From assembly GCA_051294375.1 (NCBI GenBank), contig JBJCIZ010000850.1, positions 1-11,197 of the forward strand: a stretch of 11,197 nt of DNA. Direction: 5' to 3'. The stretch comes from Paraspadella gotoi (lineage: Eukaryota; Animalia; Chaetognatha). The notes beneath the pieces were generated by a model. The model was not told where the DNA came from and searched no databases. It was given only the letters and a program-made list of their open reading frames with translations. How positions within the stretch are numbered: the first letter of the stretch is position 1; each line of letters starts with the position of its first letter. Made by a program: the position numbers and the translations under genes. Below, piece by piece: positions 7,417 to 11,197 of the stretch.

Positions 7417-7929
7417 GAGAGAGATAGAGAGAGAGAGAGTGACAGAGAGAGAGATGAGCGATGAGAGAGAGGGAGAGAGAGAGAGTTTGAAAGAGAGATG
7501 CAGTGACCAGGAATGGGACAGGAGAGAGAGGGAGAGAGGCAAGCCCCACCAAGATTTCCAATTTTGTCAAAGAATATTTTTTTTTTACTTCCCAACCCAA
7601 AAGAAAAGAGGAAGAAGGCGGATGTCCGTTTCACTCTCTCTCTCTCTCTCTCTCCTCCTTCTCTCTCTCTTTATTTGCTTGATTGAAAAAAGGAAAAACT
7701 TAACCCTTTTCACTCCACTCAACCGGGATTTTGAAAAAGCGGAGACAATTCCTCGCTGGAGGTGGGTTGTTCTGAAGAGAGGAGAGGAGATGAGAGAGAA
7801 GACGGAGAGAGAAGAGATGAGGAGAGAGAGAGAGAAGACAAAGAAAGAGGAGAGAGAGGAAGAGGAGAGAGAGAGGAGGAAAGAGAAGAGAAAGAAGAAA
7901 GAAGAGAGAGAGAGAGAGAGAAGAGAGGC
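7417..7929 (+). repeat. Alternating (GA)n 7417-7538, (CT)n 7633-7670 and (GA)n 7774-7929 tracts
   Basis: Direct inspection. Confidence 0.85.
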
Positions 7930-8043
7930 ATGAAAACCCATTCAGCTGTTAACACATAATAGATAATCGACTAAGGACCAAAAGTTTATTTTGAGAATTA
8001 ACATTCCATTTCGCATCCACGAAAAAAAATATCTTACTGTGCA

Positions 8044-8183
8044 TTTAATCAATAGCTTGGAGGGTTTTAACCAATCTGCTTGGATGGTTTTAACCAATCA
8101 GCTTGGAAGCCTTTTAATCAATCAGCTTGTGATGGTTAAAACCAATCAGCCTTGGATCGGTTTTAACCAATCAGCCTTTGGGT
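8044..8183 (+). repeat. Minisatellite, 6 copies of ~23-24 bp unit TTTTAACCAATCAGCTTGGATGG
   Basis: The (C/T)CAAT core falls at 8049, 8071, 8094, 8118, 8142 and 8167 (spacing 22-25). Copies abut with no spacers. Confidence 0.92.
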
Positions 8184-8331
8184 AATAGGTTTATTGCTAA
8201 TGCGACTATTTTTGCTAGTTAAAATTTAAATTTTACTCATATTCAAACTTATCATATCGCTCATCTGTTTCCTGCATCTCGCTCTCTGTTCTTGTATTTA
8301 TTCCCTGTGACACCATCTCGCCCGTACCTTT

Positions 8332-8348
8332 CACCTCTCTCTCTCTCT

Positions 8349-8398
<50 letters not shown>

Positions 8399-8405
8399 TC
8401 TCTTC

Positions 8406-8447
<42 letters not shown>
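8332..8447 (+). repeat. (CT)n microsatellite
   Basis: Direct inspection. Confidence 0.9.
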
Positions 8448-8589
8448 TTGCTGTCTTCGCCTTCTCCATCGCGCTGCCAAATTTTCACCCGGTGGAGGAG
8501 GATCATTAATAGTGAACAGAATTTCATTCCTCTTTTTCTTCTTTTTCTCTCTTTTTCAATTAAAATCGCGAGGTTAGATTTCCATCTCT

Positions 8590-8681
8590 GACAAGATTGC
8601 CACGACCACGGGTCAGATGCCACCGACCACGTCAGAAATACCACGACAAGACAGATGCCACCCGACCAAGACAGATGCCAC
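8590..8681 (+). repeat. Minisatellite, ~5 copies of ~19-20 bp unit (A/T)CAGATGCCACCGACCA(A/C)G
   Basis: Copies start near 8591, 8613, 8632, 8651 and 8671. CAGATGCCAC is exact at 8614, 8652 and 8672. Confidence 0.85.
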
Positions 8682-8691
8682 TGTCAGGCGG

Positions 8692-8705
8692 ATGCGCAGG
8701 CGCAT
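8692..8705. promoter_or_regulatory. NRF1/Erect-wing-like near-palindromic site ATGCGCAGGCGCAT
   Basis: One mismatch from the TGCGCATGCGCA consensus; lies immediately after the 19-bp array. Confidence 0.3.
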
Positions 8706-9919
8706 TGTGGTCTTGCTTCGTGCTGCGCGTGCGGCGTCATAAGCCTTGAAAATCGAAAGTTGCCTCCGGCTAGGGATGTCACTGCATTTGGGTTTTAGTT
8801 TTATGAATATTTAATAAATATTAATAAATTTTCGTGTCGCTCAAAATCGTTAATCCTTTTTTTTCTCATCGCAACAGTGAGACGTGCTGTGGATGCCCGG
8901 GCGTGAGGCATCTCCCGACAGTTGCGGCTTGAGGGCTTTGGACCTGCATTTGGAGCTTGGACGAATCCTTCTTTCACCGTCACACTTCACCAGTTGACCG
9001 TGATCGCGTGGGGGGATTGAACCGGTACTTGTCGTTAAGAAACTTTAGTGAATATTCATTATTCGACTTTTATTCTTTGAATTTTTATTCACTTGACAAA
9101 TAAAAACTTTTCCACTCACGGGTCTATTCTTTGATGATATTAAGTTATTAATTATTAATTATTCATGAGTTATTGATGATTATAGGTTTTCTTGAGATTC
9201 TTTATTTAAGTTGTTGTTTCTCTTCTAATCTATAACAGTATAAGATTCGCCCCGAACATATTCACGTTTGGCAGCGAATTCTTGTCCAAGTTGTTACCAG
9301 TCTGGTATATTGAAGCCGAATTTAGGATCCGCCTTATTCTATTCCTTTCTCGTCGCCCACAATTCGGTCTTACCTTCCCTAACCCTCGTCGATCGTACTC
9401 CCTTTCCTCTCGACTTAAACTTTACCCCGTTTCTCTTCAGCCTTTTCTTAATCTCGGCCCTCCGGTGCCTGACCCGGCGAGTCAGCGTCGACGTGTGTCT
9501 CGACTTACCTCGATCGATAAGCTGGTTAGCGCGCTGGAGCAGGAGGGGAGATGAGGTGCGACTTCAGCGAAGCAGTGGTGATCTTTCAAACGAGCTCACT
9601 TCATAAAGGGTCATATCTTAATGAACTTGTCACGTTTCTGAGAGAATCATTTCACTTTTAAACAGTACTCAACTCACATTGAGTCATCACTCAAGTTCCC
9701 AGTAATAATTATAATAAAGATATCATCAACTTAAATACATCACTTCTTAAAAAAAGTCATCAGTTTAAATAATTTTCTTAAACAAGAATCTTACTCTCTA
9801 CGAAATTGGGTACAAATCAATATAAAAACTATCCTAATCATTGATAAATAAGCTTCTTGCTGGCACAGCTTTGCGTTGTTTATTTCCTTCTTTTTAATTT
9901 CATTCTACTTGAATTTCTT

Positions 9920-9922
9920 TCT

Positions 9923-9958
<36 letters not shown>

Positions 9959-9959
9959 A

Positions 9960-10006
<47 letters not shown>

Positions 10007-10330
10007 GCTTTCTTCCTCCTGTCTTCTCTCTGGGAAATCGATTATTAATTCTCCAATTCCCCGCTTCGCTCTGAGTTGCGCTGATGTGTTTCGCCGGGGG
10101 CGGAAAAGAGAGGAGAGGAGAGACCGAGACGAGACGATGAGAGAGACGAGAGAGAGAGGAGATAGAGGAGAAAAAGCTTGAAAAAAGATAAGGTGGAGGG
10201 AGCGGTGAGTTTAAGGAGGCAGGAAGAGGAGGAGGAGAAGCGAGGGAAGAGCGTAAGAGTAGAGCGAAGGAGGAAGAACAGGAGGAAGCATTATGCGGTA
10301 GGCAGGAGGAGGAGGAGTAAGAGGCAGCAA
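9920..10330 (+). repeat. (CT)n 9920-10003, GA-rich 10105-10175 and (GGA)-rich 10215-10330 tracts
   Basis: Direct inspection. Confidence 0.8.
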
Positions 10331-11156
10331 GATGAGGTGGGGGCAACTGGGGCTTCCTTCCTTCCTACTTCTTTCTTTAATTACATATAATCTTATACAT
10401 ATATTATAGAGAATATATGAACAATACAGAGAGATAATCAATATCAACATCATTGGGTCTGGATAACGCACTTGTGATAATAAGAGAACTGAATGTGTAC
10501 TATTTGGGGTGGTCTCGGATGTACTCCGCTTTTAATGGATGGTATTGGTGGTTTAGAGTGAAGAGTGGAGAAAGAGAAGAGAACGGCGCGCGCCGGCGGT
10601 AGTATCCGCGATCGTCAGTAGTGAAAGTGATGAGCGAAGGAATACTGCCCTATATATATCCGTCAGACCACGAAGTGCGTTTATTGGTGGAATAATTTCC
10701 ACCGTTTTACAAATACGATAATTAATAAATGTTGAAAAGTGTTTTACTTTAAATATTATGTCTTTACAATTCAAACTCTTGTAACCTACTCTCCGGTCTA
10801 ACCAGTGATCATTTTGCCTGAATTAGACACAAATACATACAATACGAATAACAATACAATTAATACATATAAGTTCAAGACAATAGTTTTTCAGGAAGTA
10901 CAATATGATTAGCGCTAATGGCAGCGTAGATAAGAAACAAGAAGAGTAAAAAAAAAAAAACATTAAATTTATTTTCGAATAAATAGCAGTATAACAAAAT
11001 CTTCTTGTAAATTTTGCATAAGTTTAGTAATCGATGCGAGCGGTTGAGAATTTAAATTCCCAATTAAGAGTCTGTAGACTTAATGAAGAAGATTAAACTT
11101 GTTGATAATGATTGCTGATAAAGATCATGAACTGCTATTCTTCAATTCATAGATAA

Positions 11157-11195
11157 TTTTTTTTCTTTTCTTTCTTTCTTGCTTTCTTTCTTTCT
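11157..11195 (+). repeat. T-rich/(CTTT)n microsatellite at window end
   Basis: ttttcttttctttctttcttgctttctttctttct. Confidence 0.8.
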
Positions 11196-11197
11196 GT

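Noticed and set aside
8044-8681. CRISPR-like reading of the 23-bp and 19-bp arrays
   Set aside because: Copies abut without unique spacers, there are no cas genes, and the context is an animal genome.
8808-8824. AT-only inverted repeat AATATTTA-A-TAAATATT
   Set aside because: Expected by chance in AT-rich sequence.
8990-9045. tRNA gene suggested by minus-strand GGTTCAATCCC
   Set aside because: No cloverleaf, D-arm/A-box or acceptor stem could be built.
9305-9325. 21-nt GT...AG micro-intron joining YKIRPEHIHVWQRILVQVVTSL to DPPYSIPF
   Set aside because: The joined frame stops after 18 more codons, has no recognisable homology, and such short GT-AG pairs arise by chance.
1228-10774. The many SLSLSL / ERERER / poly-S / poly-T / poly-K ORFs
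   Set aside because: They are translations of microsatellites that lack stop codons; no domain content.

Overview
This is a eukaryotic (animal) genomic window, not prokaryotic. Its only recognisable gene is the 5' part of a FoxA/fork head (HNF3-class) forkhead transcription factor on the minus strand. It starts near 789 (alternatively 838) and runs off the left edge inside the forkhead domain (reconstructed [41 protein letters not shown](E/D)LFNFYRQNQQRWQNSIRHSLS). Many small indels, mostly insertions, break the frame, so the ORF track misses it. Independent signs (a homopolymer-stuttered repeat copy at 5233-5318 and a 25-N gap) indicate unpolished long-read sequence, so the gene is probably intact rather than a pseudogene. 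The remaining ~10.4 kb is the FoxA upstream region: dense (GA/CT)n, (GAC/GAT)n and (GAAA)n microsatellites separated by short unique islands. Within it I see an exactly spaced Inr + DPE core promoter candidate (+1 at 1669, minus strand), a CRE/GC-box/CCAAT island, several motif clusters, and short tandem arrays built from transcription-factor-like motifs. Nearly all listed ORFs beyond 1 kb are low-complexity artefacts. I see no CRISPR array, rRNA, tRNA or recognisable transposase, and no evidence of a new multi-gene system. The regulatory calls are motif-based inference only.
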